Part shown: one piece after another, positions 38,901 through 48,207 of the stretch
Layout: the number at the start of each line of letters is the position of its first letter
Position numbering within the stretch: position 1 is the stretch's first letter
DNA from: an uncultured Desulfobacteraceae bacterium
GTDB lineage: Bacteria; Desulfobacterota; DSM-4660; Desulfatiglandales; HGW-15
NCBI GenBank assembly: GCA_964520425.1
Contig: CAZFMX010000005.1
Span: 1,416-65,415 of the forward strand
Direction: 5' to 3'
Length of the DNA stretch: 64,000 nt
Translations under genes and position numbers: made by a program
The notes under the pieces: model-generated
Told to the model about the DNA's origin: nothing
Database searches by the model: none
What the model saw: only the letters and a program-made list of their open reading frames with translations

Positions 38901-39472
38901 CGACAGAGGTAAAAGAATATGCTACCTGTACCATTGAGGAGTTTACGAATGTGAGAGATAAGTCTGAGGTGAAAGTCGCCGGTGTCATAGAGAATCTCAA
39001 GATCAAAAGGACCAAACGAGGGGATAAGATGGCCATTTTGATCCTTGAAGATTCCACGGGTTCCACGGAAGTTGTTGTATTTCCAAACACATTTGAGAGT
39101 TTTGTGCATCTTCTTAAGGGTGATGAGCCTTTACTAGTCACGGGAAGTGCTGAGGTGGAGGGTGGCTCTGCCAAAATAATCGCCCAGGAAATCGAGGCCA
39201 TGGAAACAGTGCGTCAGAGGGCGGTGAAGGCAATTGAGCTTCACCTTCGTACACAGAACATGTCAAAAACTTTGCTAGAGAATATTCGGGATGTCTTGTT
39301 CAGATATCCGGGTGAATGCACAGTATTATTCAGGGTTGACACGGGGGAAGAGAAGGAGTTTGTCATCCAGGCGCACAAGCACTATAGGATCTCGCCCTGT
39401 GATGAAGTCAGAAGAGAAATTGAGGCCCTCACAAGCGAAAAAGTCATTTGCAGATATGGAAGGAAGAATTGA
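35957..39472 (+). CDS. dnaE: DNA polymerase III alpha subunit
   Basis: FVQLHVHTEYSLLDG (PHP domain), 1171 aa, pol III alpha core and OB fold. The start may be GTG 35987. Confidence 0.95.
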   Translation: MVLETEIGVNVTDDSSFVQLHVHTEYSLLDGAIRIRQLLEKAKSFGMEAVAITDHGNMFGSVQLFDQASKVGIQPILGCEVYVAPGHRKDRAPSTDGGPNAHHLVLLVMNQLGYKNLSRLVTLGHLEGFYYHPRIDKELLKEYNGGLIALSACLKGIVPYLINSGRIEEAKQEAMELASIFDNNRFYLEVQANTMPEQTRVNRVLQEFSRELSIPPVATNDCHYLNREDSEAHDVLLCIQTGKMVDDPNRMRFSTNELFFKSREEMVNSLGAGDYSEALGNTIDIVRRCEYMMEFGQYKYPVFTASKEKSLDDMLSEEARKGLKERLAQLEVEEGAGLSLELRKEYEERLAFELSVITDMGFSGYFLIVADFIDYAQRSNIPVGPGRGSAAGSLVAYALRITNIDPIKYGLLFERFLNPGRISMPDIDIDFCINGRDDVIKYVTEKYGRENVGQIITFGTMKAKAAIRDVGRTLGIPYAEVDKIAKLVPEGPKVSLEKAIEEEPALKKIEKGQENERKLIKISRSLEGLSRHASTHASGVVISDKPLVEYLPLFKGTNDEVMTQYTMSQIEQLGLIKFDFLGLKTLTVIRQALNLIQVSSGRHIDIDKIPLDDDATYRLCQEGKTTGVFQLESSGMKELLRRLKPGVFEDLIALVALYRPGPLGSNMVDDFIQGKHGFTKIKYSFPELEPILKETYGVILYQEQVMKIAQVLASYSLAEADELRKAIGKKKLSVMADHKARFLEGAVQKGLDRTKAERIFDLIEKFGGYGFNKSHSVAYAMIAYQTAYLKAHFPVQFMAALLTQDMGNQDKTIKNIAECRDMGIEILPPDLNESQADFTVKEGAIRFGLAAVKNVGLKAVESIIEERSLNGTFADLLDFCQRVDGSKVNRRVLEGLIQCGAFDFTGIHRARLYGALDEVIRFCGAFQDPNQLNMFASLNGNTGDRGLLVLPEIEEWDEKEKLKKEKEALGFYITGHPLERFATEVKEYATCTIEEFTNVRDKSEVKVAGVIENLKIKRTKRGDKMAILILEDSTGSTEVVVFPNTFESFVHLLKGDEPLLVTGSAEVEGGSAKIIAQEIEAMETVRQRAVKAIELHLRTQNMSKTLLENIRDVLFRYPGECTVLFRVDTGEEKEFVIQAHKHYRISPCDEVRREIEALTSEKVICRYGRKN

Positions 39473-39485
39473 TTGAAACACCTAA

Positions 39486-40112
39486 TCATTTCGGGGTAAT
39501 CGCATCAGGTGGATAGACGTATTTGGGATCTATCCGGTAGGTCCAGGGAAGCCCCCACCACTGCCACCCGTCATGACGGCGGTGTTCGAAGCCGTAAACC
39601 TTATTCCTGTTTGCGAGCTGGCGGTAGAAATTATGCTGATTCTTATCCTCGAATGAAGGAAACAATGCTCCTTCAAACCCATCCTTCACATCAAAGACAT
39701 TTTTAAAACCCGCCTCCACTAGAGCCTTGGCCGCAAGACGGCTTCTTGTCCCGTCCCTTCCCATGATAAGGAGGTTATCTGTCTTCTTAAATGCCTTTTC
39801 TATTTCCTCCACAAAGGACTCATTTACAGGTCCCAGTTGATAGATTAGGGCATCATCCTCTTTCACTAGACCGGTGCTAAAGAACATATAAGGAAAGAGA
39901 TAGGCATCAAAGGGATGCCCCACAAACTGATATTCTGCTCTGGTTCTCACATCGATTAAGTAGGTATCAGGAACCGTATTGAGCATGTCGTAGGCTTCAA
40001 TACTCAGTATCCTCTTTCCCTCCTGAGCATAGCCATGCCCAGAAACCACCGTCAGCATGACACACACCAAGCATATAATCACGAAAAAATAAATAACGCT
40101 TTCTTTTCGCAT
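39486..40112 (-). CDS. rhodanese-domain protein (exported)
   Basis: Signal peptide MRKESVIYFFVIICLVCVMLTVVSGHGYAQ. YLIDVRTRAEYQFVGHP. Confidence 0.75.
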   Translation of the reverse strand: MRKESVIYFFVIICLVCVMLTVVSGHGYAQEGKRILSIEAYDMLNTVPDTYLIDVRTRAEYQFVGHPFDAYLFPYMFFSTGLVKEDDALIYQLGPVNESFVEEIEKAFKKTDNLLIMGRDGTRSRLAAKALVEAGFKNVFDVKDGFEGALFPSFEDKNQHNFYRQLANRNKVYGFEHRRHDGWQWWGLPWTYRIDPKYVYPPDAITPK

Positions 40113-41064
40113 AAGACACACCCCCACCGTGAAAGACATCTGATTGACAAAGAGTGATGCCCAATCCCTTCAATTGACCCTTGGAATGCTGAAGACGGCT
40201 CTCGTTGAAAAGCCGAAGCAAGCACCAAGTAATTGACCTAAAGGGACTAAAGTCTCGCTCCCCATGTGGCTTTTAACAGGCCCATGTTACTATAACATGA
40301 CGCGTAAAGGATCGATCGGCCTGAAAATCACGTTGATCTGCAATGGTAATTATCCAAGATGGATCGATTTGTCAATGGAAATAGTCACTCTCTATGTCAC
40401 CGTATTGACAGGGAAAAACAAAGGGAAAGCCCTATGTCCCCGCGGGATTTCATGTCCCATCCAAGCTGTTATCGCAAAACCATTCTCTGTATGGGCCGAT
40501 TCGGTATTCCGGATTCTGTTTTCTAGTCTCATGGCTCAGAATGAAATCGAGCAACGAAGTATCTAGCGCAAAATAGAAGCGCCCAAAGCCCTGTCCCCAC
40601 TGGACGGGACCACAGGGAGCTTCAATTCTGGTATCGGCACACTCTATTCTGCGTGATTAATCCTTTACAACGTTCTTTTGTATACCATAAAATACTTTCT
40701 CATCGAGGACCTATCCTAAGGGTTTTCAAAGTCAAAAATCAGGGTTTTCCCGATTGTCTTTCTATCAGGGGCTGTATTATTATTGGATACGCATTTATGT
40801 CTGGACATATGAGACGTGTCAGAAGGTGCTTCTTTCAGCCCGATCCGAAAGCAAATTGACGCTCTCGCAAAGTACTCATCAGCTAACCCACCCTCTGTAT
40901 TTCCACTGAAGCAGGTGAAGGGTGGACCAATCGGGAGAAGGGCCTCTTTTATTTGTGTTGTGAGGGACTTATTCCTGTGACCGCAAGATATTTGGCTATG
41001 TCTTCTCCTGTAACCAAAGAAGCGGAGCTGTGTCTTCACTTTCACGGAATACTATCCTCACCCT

Positions 41065-41098
41065 GAGACTCTTGAAAAATGCCCTTTTACAAAGTCTC
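41065..41098. repeat. collapsed family-B termini (34-bp palindrome)
   Basis: GAGACTCTTGAAAAATGCCCTTTTACAAAGTCTC: the two B-type ends with no core between them. Confidence 0.5.
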
Positions 41099-41353
41099 AA
41101 TTACCCATTAACCACAACCCGAGGTATCCATTGACCAATAAGGTAAAACCCCACGTCACCGGCGTAATCCTGATCCCATTCATCTCTCTTTCATGGTTTT
41201 TCTTGCCCACTGTATGTGGGAGGGCAAAGCGCTCCTATCGTATCTAAAGAAGCCTTCTTAGTCCTTCAATCCTATTGCGCTTTGATCCCTTTTGACCCTA
41301 TAATCCCTAAATCCTGTACACTTTCGCTATAAAAGTTCACAAGAGGTAAGGCC

Positions 41354-42346
41354 ATGACTCATACCCCGAAGAAATTTGCCCTCATCGGAGCAGCCGGGTT
41401 TGTGGCACCACGCCACATGAAAGCGATTGCAGACACTGGAAACCAGCTCGTGGCAGCTCTGGATCCCCACGACGCCGTAGGCATCATAGATAGTTTTTTC
41501 CCGAAAGCCGCCTTCTTCACCGAATTTGAGCGCTTTGACCGGCATCTTGAAAAATTACGACGGAAGGGACAGGGGATCGATTTTGTCAGCATCTGCTCCC
41601 CCAACTACCTCCATGACGCCCACATCCGCTTCGCTCTCAGAATCAAGGCCGATGCCATTTGCGAGAAACCTTTGGTGTTGAATCCATGGAATGTGGATGC
41701 ACTCGCTGAAATTGAAAAGGAATCCGAATTCAGGGTTTGGAATGTCCTACAGTTACGTCTCCATCCCAATATTCTAGCTCTCAAAGAGAGGGTCTCCTCT
41801 GAACTGACTGATGAACCTGACCATATTTATGATATCGATTTAACCTATCTCACCTCGCGAGGGAGATGGTACTTTGTCAGTTGGAAAGGATCCTCGGAAA
41901 AATCCGGGAGTATCGCCACGAATATAGGGATACATTTCTTCGATATGCTTATCTGGATCTTTGGGCCTGTCCAACAAAATAGAATCCACATCCACCAACA
42001 AGATGTCGCCGCCGGTCTTCTCTTTCTGGAACACGCCAAGGTGCGCTGGTTTCTGAGTGTCAACGAGGCCTATCTGCCAAACGAAGCCCTGCAGAATGGA
42101 CTTCGCACCTATCGCTCAATTACGGTTGACGGGCAGGAACTCGAATTTTCCGGGGGCTTTGCTGACCTGCATACGCAGAGTTACCAGGAAATTCTTGAAG
42201 GACGCGGATTTGGACTTAAAGAAGCTATTCACAGCATTCAGACCGTTTACCATATTCGCACAAATCCTGCGCAGGGACTATCCGAGGAGAGCCACCCATT
42301 CTGTTGTAACGTCAAAAATGAAAGGAGGCGATTTCCACGTGAATGA
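41354..42346 (+). CDS. wbpB: UDP-N-acetyl-2-amino-2-deoxy-glucuronate dehydrogenase-like oxidoreductase (WbpB/WlbA type, Gfo/Idh/MocA)
   Basis: KKFALIGAAGFVAPRHMKAIADTGNQLVAALD...SICSPNYLHDAHI...DLTYLTSRGRWY...NIGIHFFDML...RSITVDGQELEFS. Confidence 0.85.
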   Translation: MTHTPKKFALIGAAGFVAPRHMKAIADTGNQLVAALDPHDAVGIIDSFFPKAAFFTEFERFDRHLEKLRRKGQGIDFVSICSPNYLHDAHIRFALRIKADAICEKPLVLNPWNVDALAEIEKESEFRVWNVLQLRLHPNILALKERVSSELTDEPDHIYDIDLTYLTSRGRWYFVSWKGSSEKSGSIATNIGIHFFDMLIWIFGPVQQNRIHIHQQDVAAGLLFLEHAKVRWFLSVNEAYLPNEALQNGLRTYRSITVDGQELEFSGGFADLHTQSYQEILEGRGFGLKEAIHSIQTVYHIRTNPAQGLSEESHPFCCNVKNERRRFPRE

Positions 42347-42905
42347 TTTTTTCATCCATGAGACATCTTTCATTGATGACAATTGCGAGATTGGAGAGGG
42401 CACAAAGATTTGGCACTTCTCCCACGTTCTTCCCTGTTCAAAGATTGGCGCAGGATGTAATATCGGGCAAAATGTGGTCATCGGCCCGGACGTTTCCATC
42501 GGGACAAACTGCAAGATCCAGAACAACGTCTCCGTTTATAAGGGAGTGACACTGGAGGACGGTGTTTTTTGTGGTCCGTCAATGGTCTTCACTAATGTCT
42601 ACAACCCTCGGGCTGGAATCCGAAAGATGGATCTGGCAAGACCCACACTGGTGAAAGAGGGGGCCACTCTGGGCGCCAACTCGACAATCATATGTGGGGT
42701 CACTATAGGCAGGTATGCCTTTATCGGTGCGGGCGCCCTAGTCCATAGAGATGTCTCTGACTATGCCCTCGTTGTAGGAAATCCTGCCAAAAAGATCGGT
42801 TATGTCTGCCAATGTGGGGAACGCCTGCTCCATGATTTCAAATGTCCTGAATGTGGAAAAACCTATATCAAAACCCAAGAAGGCCTCAAACCAAGTCAAG
42901 ATTAA
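42339..42905 (+). CDS. wbpD: hexapeptide-repeat N-acetyltransferase (WbpD/WlbB type)
   Basis: KIWHFSHV...IGQNVVIGP...KIQNNVSVYKGVTLEDGVFCGPSMVFTNVYNPRA...GATLGANSTIICGVTIGRYAFIGAGALV. Start at GTG 42339 (AAAGGAGG upstream, GTGAATGA overlap with the wbpB stop). The 42057 ORF start is an artefact. Confidence 0.85.
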   Translation: MNDFFIHETSFIDDNCEIGEGTKIWHFSHVLPCSKIGAGCNIGQNVVIGPDVSIGTNCKIQNNVSVYKGVTLEDGVFCGPSMVFTNVYNPRAGIRKMDLARPTLVKEGATLGANSTIICGVTIGRYAFIGAGALVHRDVSDYALVVGNPAKKIGYVCQCGERLLHDFKCPECGKTYIKTQEGLKPSQD

Positions 42906-43159
42906 GCATTATTTCTAATCCCTTTATCCTTTGATCCTCCTAATCCTTTGTCGCAGAGAGAAAAAACAGATTTTTTACATAACGCTTTTCCCAATATCTT
43001 GTGTCCAATGAGTCTAGAACACTAAATATAGGCATATAGGGTTTTTCCTTATCCATAAAACAGGAATTTCGCCGTGATAAATGAGGGTTTCCCCGATTGA
43101 GTCTCTCCAATGGAAAAAGGTATGAGCAGGATGGGGGGCTTAATGAAAGGAGACGTAAT

Positions 43160-43456
43160 ATGAAAAGCCCAAAAAAACTTCTGGTTCTTTCCTTGGTTGT
43201 AGCCGTAATTGCCGCTTTCACTCCAGCCCTTTGGTCCCAGCAGGCCCAAGAGGAGGGAACAGAGAAGATCAATATTAACACGGCAACCGCGGAAGAAATC
43301 GCTCAACTCAAAAACATCGGCTCAGCCTATGCCATGCGCATTGTTGAGTACCGGCAGGAGAACGGCCCTTTTGAGAAGCCTGAGGACATATTAAAAGTAA
43401 AGGGCATTGGAGAAAAAACCTACGAGCTGAACAAAGACAAAATCACTGTAGAATAA
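43160..43456 (+). CDS. comEA: ComEA-family helix-hairpin-helix DNA-binding protein
   Basis: Signal peptide, then ININTATAEEIAQLKNIGSAYAMRIVEYRQENGPFEKPEDILKVKGIG. Confidence 0.8.
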   Translation: MKSPKKLLVLSLVVAVIAAFTPALWSQQAQEEGTEKININTATAEEIAQLKNIGSAYAMRIVEYRQENGPFEKPEDILKVKGIGEKTYELNKDKITVE

Positions 43457-43600
43457 TCTTTTTCCGAGCCCCCCTTTTTTTTAAGATACGGTACTTCAAT
43501 ACAATTGCCCAGAAAGCAAGGCCCTTTCGGTCTTCAGGCCTAAACCCTGTAACTTCCTTTGGCCTATGTTGGCCAATCCCATGAAAGGCATCCTCCTACT

Positions 43601-44485
43601 ATGAAAAGAAGACCTCAAAGAAAAGATGCGCATTCCAACATAGGCAGCCTATATCGTGAAAAGACCGGATCAAAGGCCTCAGAATTCGGTGAGAAAGAGG
43701 ACCCCAATAAGTCTTCTAGTGAGGAACGGATTGTAGAACTCCTGGAAGAGAACAAGGTGCTGCAAGAGGAAAAAGCCCAGTGTCCTATGGCGGAAGATGC
43801 CCTTCTAATGGCCATCGAGGAAAAAGAAAGGCAAATTCGGTCTATGGCCTTCCATCATACGGTTTCAGAAGAACGATTACGGCGAAAGCTCTCCTCGTAT
43901 CTCCATAGCAACATCTGTCAGTCCTTGGGAATTGTCAAGATGAAGCTGAACAGCCTTATTAAATCCATCTCTCCCTCGAATTCTAGGTCCTCTTTGGAGG
44001 AAGTGACACAACTCGTCCAATCAACGATTGCGGACGTTCGATCAGTAATTGCAGATCTCAGCCCGGCGGTGCTCCATGAACTCGGGTTGGAGGCAGGCCT
44101 TGAATGGCTGTCCGGGCAATTCCATGAGCAAAACGACATTCCATGTACCTTTGAGAATGATCATTTTTCAAAACCCATGAAGGAAGAGACAGGTGTTTTA
44201 CTCTTCTACTCGATCCGTGATTTACTCATGAATGTAGCCAACCACGCGCGAGCTTGCAGCGCCAATATACGCGTCTCACGAAAGAAGGACAAGCTGCACA
44301 TTGTTGTAGAAGATGACGGGGTGGGGTTCATACCTTCAGACAATGGCCTGCCGTACTGGGAAGAAGGCAAGTTCGGATTGTTCGGCATTCAAGAGCGAAT
44401 GAGTTCCATAGGAGGATCAATGGAAATCGTTTCAGCGAAAGGCAAGGGAACCCGTGTCACCCTTGTAGCACCACTTCAAAGATGA
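43601..44485 (+). CDS. cytoplasmic sensor histidine kinase (HisKA_3/NarL-partner type)
   Basis: LSSYLHSNICQSLG (H box), then N/G boxes ...MNVANHA...VEDDGVGF...GLFGIQERM. Start uncertain (43559 TTG or 43601 ATG). Confidence 0.8.
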   Translation: MKRRPQRKDAHSNIGSLYREKTGSKASEFGEKEDPNKSSSEERIVELLEENKVLQEEKAQCPMAEDALLMAIEEKERQIRSMAFHHTVSEERLRRKLSSYLHSNICQSLGIVKMKLNSLIKSISPSNSRSSLEEVTQLVQSTIADVRSVIADLSPAVLHELGLEAGLEWLSGQFHEQNDIPCTFENDHFSKPMKEETGVLLFYSIRDLLMNVANHARACSANIRVSRKKDKLHIVVEDDGVGFIPSDNGLPYWEEGKFGLFGIQERMSSIGGSMEIVSAKGKGTRVTLVAPLQR

Positions 44486-44504
44486 AGAAAAAAGGAGAAA
44501 ATCT

Positions 44505-45161
44505 ATGAGCATTCGAATCATCCTGGCAGAAGACCACAAAATCACACGTGAAGGACTCGTTAATATGATAAAAGATCAGCCGGGTATGGAAGTCGTGGGT
44601 GAAGCCGGAAATGGGAGAGAGGCGATCCAGTTAGCCCGGGAGCTTGCCCCGGATCTGGTGATTATGGATGTCACGATGCCCGGTTTAAATGGGATAGACG
44701 CGACAAGCATAATCACTTCAAGCGTCAAGAATATCAGGGTGATTGCTCTCTCCATGTATTCAGATAAGCAATTCGTGCAAGGGATGATGCAGGCGGGGGC
44801 TTCAGGGTATTTGCTTAAAGACTGCGCCTTTGACGAATTGGTCCAAGCCGTTCGAGCCGTATTTAAAGGCGACACCTACCTCAGTCCTGGAATAGCAGGT
44901 ATTGTGGTCGAGGACTATGTCAGCAGACTGTTAAAATCCGCTTCTTCCGCCTCCAGTATCTTGACTAAAAGAGAACGGGAGGTCCTTCAGTTGATCTCAG
45001 AGGGCGAGAGCACGAAACACATTGCCATCAAGTTGGCCATCAGTGTCAAGACCGTGGAAACTCATCGGCGACAGATGATGGGAAAGATTGGGATTCGTAC
45101 GGTCGCCGGTCTCACAAAATATGCCATTCGGGAAGGGCTGACCTCCCCGCACCTTTATTAG
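44505..45161 (+). CDS. NarL/LuxR-family response regulator
   Basis: IRIILAEDH...DLVIMDVTMPGLNG. C-terminal LTKREREVLQLISEGESTKHIAIKLAISVKTVETHR. Confidence 0.9.
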   Translation: MSIRIILAEDHKITREGLVNMIKDQPGMEVVGEAGNGREAIQLARELAPDLVIMDVTMPGLNGIDATSIITSSVKNIRVIALSMYSDKQFVQGMMQAGASGYLLKDCAFDELVQAVRAVFKGDTYLSPGIAGIVVEDYVSRLLKSASSASSILTKREREVLQLISEGESTKHIAIKLAISVKTVETHRRQMMGKIGIRTVAGLTKYAIREGLTSPHLY

Positions 45162-45186
45162 TCCTTTCAGAGTCTTTCCTTCTTCC

Positions 45187-45642
45187 TCACCCTTCGCTTG
45201 AGTTGTCGGCATCCTTCTTCAGCTTTCGAATCACGATCTTCTGCACCTTCTCCCTCAACATACTGTAGTACCTATCCTTTTCATTCCATATGATAGCGCT
45301 TGTACTCCCTCCGTCAGCCTCTTCCAGCATCATACTCCCCTGTTGATCGGTCTTATAGTCTTCACAGATAAACAGATTTGTTCCCTCGATGTCATCTAAC
45401 AGGAGCGTGAACAAAGCCGCATAACTGGGACGGGTATGATCGGCAAAACTCACCAATATATCCTTTTTCTTACTCAGGACCACAAGCGCGTAGTCTGTTC
45501 TCAAGTAAAATTCATTGTTATAGAACTGGCCTTTTGAATAGGCCTTTTTCCCTTTATAGAACCTCTCGAAAACCGCCTCAATGTCCTTCATAATCCTTTT
45601 CTCTTCTTCACTCGCCTCCACTGTCTCGACATCCTCTCCCAT
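45187..45642 (-). CDS. hypothetical protein
   Basis: 151-aa ORF with no overlapping alternative. No motif recognised. Confidence 0.45.
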   Translation of the reverse strand: MGEDVETVEASEEEKRIMKDIEAVFERFYKGKKAYSKGQFYNNEFYLRTDYALVVLSKKKDILVSFADHTRPSYAALFTLLLDDIEGTNLFICEDYKTDQQGSMMLEEADGGSTSAIIWNEKDRYYSMLREKVQKIVIRKLKKDADNSSEG

Positions 45643-45725
45643 CGGTTTATTCCCTCTTTCATAAGTATCGACCTGCTTTTTTCAGAACTCTGATGTTATG
45701 CAGTCCATCAACGATCAGACATCCC

Positions 45726-45867
45726 GAGACCTTTGAAAAACACATTCTTTTGCCCAATCTCTGCGTCAGACTCCATTTTTGATCCTCGAAATACTAAAGG
45801 TATTCCTGCGGTTAAAATTCTCGTCTTTCTTGACCTTGAATAAAATAGAGCATTTTTCAAAGGCCTC
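45726..45867 (-). repeat. family-B MITE with 5-bp target-site duplication (reverse orientation)
   Basis: ATCCC|GAGACCTTTGAAAAACAC ... GCATTTTTCAAAGGCCTC|ATCCC. Confidence 0.85.
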
Positions 45868-46103
45868 ATCCCTTCAACGACATCTACTTCAACAATAATT
45901 TCATGTTGTGATCAAAACATCAAACCTTTTTTCCTTTACGCAGATCTTCTTACATCAGTGTCCTGGATCAAGCAAAACACGTCCAAATCATCGAGAATTC
46001 TGTCAAAAACCGTGACTATTAGTCTCAGAAAATAGAACATGAGGCACTAGTTATTGACATCACCTTTCCCAATTGCTACTAAACCCTCGAGGTTTTCATA
46101 GGA

Positions 46104-48083
46104 ATGAATCAAGGGAAAATCATAGAATTTATTGATCAAGGCAGATTTATCTGCACCCTATGCCTACAGGACAAAGGAAGCAAGCTCCACCTGTTGACCC
46201 CACTTAACCGTGAGGTCAATATCTCCCCCAAAAGGGCTCTTCTATTCTCAAAGGCGTCCCTAGACATCGGTATGCCCAGGGAAGAACTCTTAAATAGATT
46301 AAAAGAGATCGAAGCACGGAGAAAAAAGTTACAGGAAGACGTGCATGTCAAGGAACTTTGGGAGTTAGTGCGGGATGGGCAGGAGCATTTTGATTACATG
46401 GATCTTGGCCAACTCTGCTTTGGAGAAGAGATCACAGACGATCATATCTCTGCGCTGGTCAGGACCCTATTTGACGACAGACTCTATTTCAAGTTGAAGG
46501 ATGGTCGTTTTCTCCCCCATTCTGAAGAAATGGTGAATCAAATCATCAAACAGAGGGAGGAGGAGGCTCGAAGAGAAACAAGACTGAAAGAGGGAGGTGC
46601 TTGGCTGAGGAATCACGTACAGAATAAACCGGTCCAACCCCCTTCTTGTAAGGATGAGATTATCGACCTCCTTATCGAATTGGCCCTTTACGGAAAAGGG
46701 GCTTCAGACTTCAGGCATGGAAAGGATCTGCTCCTCAGGGCGGGAATAACAGACATTCAAAGGGTCAGGAGTCTCCTTGTTGGCCTTGGCGTCTGGGGGG
46801 AGGATGAAAACCTCGACCTTCATCGTCTAGATATCAGCACTTCCTTTAGTGAAGACCTACTGAAGGAGTCGGAACAACTCATCGAAGTCGGCATCGAAGA
46901 GGCTGGGCGTGAGGACCTTCGAGATCTGAGCACGTTCACCGTTGACGGCCCTGACACCAAAGACTTTGATGACGCTCTGAGCATCGAAATTTCATCTGAT
47001 TCTGTTCTCCTTGGTATTCATATAGCCGATGTCGCGGGAGTCGTTCCTCCTGACAGTCTCCTCGACAAGGAGGCCTCACAACGGGGATCTTCTCTTTATC
47101 TTCCTCGTAACAGCTTTCCCATGATCCCGCCGAACCTGTCCCAGGACACCTTGAGCCTGAAGAAGGGCTGTGATCGCCCCGCCATATCTCTCATGTGCCG
47201 CTTTAATAAAGGCGGCGAGCTTGTAGACTACAGATTTGTATTGAGCGTGTTGAGGGTCAGACGTCAACTCACCTATGACGAAGTGAACGACATTTACAAA
47301 GAAGAGGCTTTGTTGAAGCAGGCCTATGAATTGAGTCAAGAGTTGAGGAAGAAACGAATCAACCAAGGAGCCCTTATCCTTTCCCTTCCCGATGTCTGGT
47401 TCACCATCCATCCCGATTCATCTATCTCTTTAGAAATGTCGGAACAGGAAACTCCCTCTCGAATGATGGTGGCCGAATTCATGATCCTCTACAATTGGCT
47501 GGCAGCCAAGTTTTGCCAGGAGTATGACATTCCGGTTCTCTATAGAAGCCAGGAAAAACCCAGTGAAGAGCTATCCATTGGCGATGAAGGTTACTACTAT
47601 TATGTCTTCAAACAGCGCCGTAAGCTCAGTCCTCTCATGATCGATACGGACGCCCGCCCTCACGCTGGGCTTGGTCTGGATATGTATACCAATGTTACCT
47701 CTCCCATTAGGAGATACTTGGACCTAGTGGTTCAACGGCAGATGAGGCGTTATCTGTCGGGGGAATCTTCCATGTACAACAAAGAACAACTGCAAGAGAT
47801 AAGGATGTCGGTTCAACCCTTATTGCGGACTCTTGACACCATGAAACGAGACCGTATTCGTTACTGGACGCAAAAGTATCTCCTTTCTCATCTAGGAGAG
47901 AGGTTTCCCGCCATGGTCCTTGATATACTGAGGAACAGGTATCGAATCCTTTTGACGGACTTTCTGCTTGTGACGGAAGTAAAGAAAGAAAACAGCCAGG
48001 AATTTCATCAGGGTCAGCAGATTATGGTAAAAATAAAAAAGAGCGATCCCTGGAATGACCTGTTGAGTTTGGAGTGTAAATAA
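46104..48083 (+). CDS. RNB-domain exoribonuclease (RNase II/R family)
   Basis: DFDDALSIE, LYLPR...PMIP and TSPIRRYLDLVVQRQ motifs. Confidence 0.85.
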   Translation: MNQGKIIEFIDQGRFICTLCLQDKGSKLHLLTPLNREVNISPKRALLFSKASLDIGMPREELLNRLKEIEARRKKLQEDVHVKELWELVRDGQEHFDYMDLGQLCFGEEITDDHISALVRTLFDDRLYFKLKDGRFLPHSEEMVNQIIKQREEEARRETRLKEGGAWLRNHVQNKPVQPPSCKDEIIDLLIELALYGKGASDFRHGKDLLLRAGITDIQRVRSLLVGLGVWGEDENLDLHRLDISTSFSEDLLKESEQLIEVGIEEAGREDLRDLSTFTVDGPDTKDFDDALSIEISSDSVLLGIHIADVAGVVPPDSLLDKEASQRGSSLYLPRNSFPMIPPNLSQDTLSLKKGCDRPAISLMCRFNKGGELVDYRFVLSVLRVRRQLTYDEVNDIYKEEALLKQAYELSQELRKKRINQGALILSLPDVWFTIHPDSSISLEMSEQETPSRMMVAEFMILYNWLAAKFCQEYDIPVLYRSQEKPSEELSIGDEGYYYYVFKQRRKLSPLMIDTDARPHAGLGLDMYTNVTSPIRRYLDLVVQRQMRRYLSGESSMYNKEQLQEIRMSVQPLLRTLDTMKRDRIRYWTQKYLLSHLGERFPAMVLDILRNRYRILLTDFLLVTEVKKENSQEFHQGQQIMVKIKKSDPWNDLLSLECK

Positions 48084-48089
48084 AAGAAT

Positions 48090-48194
48090 GGTATAGGTCT
48101 AGGGTGTACGGTCTAAGGCCTACAGTAGTCCAGGGGCTGTTATTCCTAAACCCTATACCTTAGACCTTATACCTTGTGCCCTATGTCGTGCGCC
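48090..48194. repeat. inverted pair of heptamer micro-repeat arrays between convergent genes
   Basis: GGTATAG GTCTAGG GTGTACG GTCTAAG GCCTACA ... TACCTTA GACCTTA TACCTTG TGCCCTA TGTCGTG. Can fold as a long imperfect hairpin. Confidence 0.6.
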
Positions 48195-48207
48195 TTGAGC
48201 CTTTCTT

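Noticed and set aside
42057-42338. The 5' extension of the acetyltransferase ORF.
   Set aside because: It overlaps the wbpB-like CDS in another frame. GTG 42339, with AAAGGAGG upstream and a stop/start overlap, gives a protein that starts where WlbB/WbpD homologues start.
48084-48207. A CRISPR-like array, considered here and at 51361-51417.
   Set aside because: The units are 7 nt with no spacers, they are degenerate, and they form an inverted pair. No cas genes are present. These are micro-repeats, not CRISPR.
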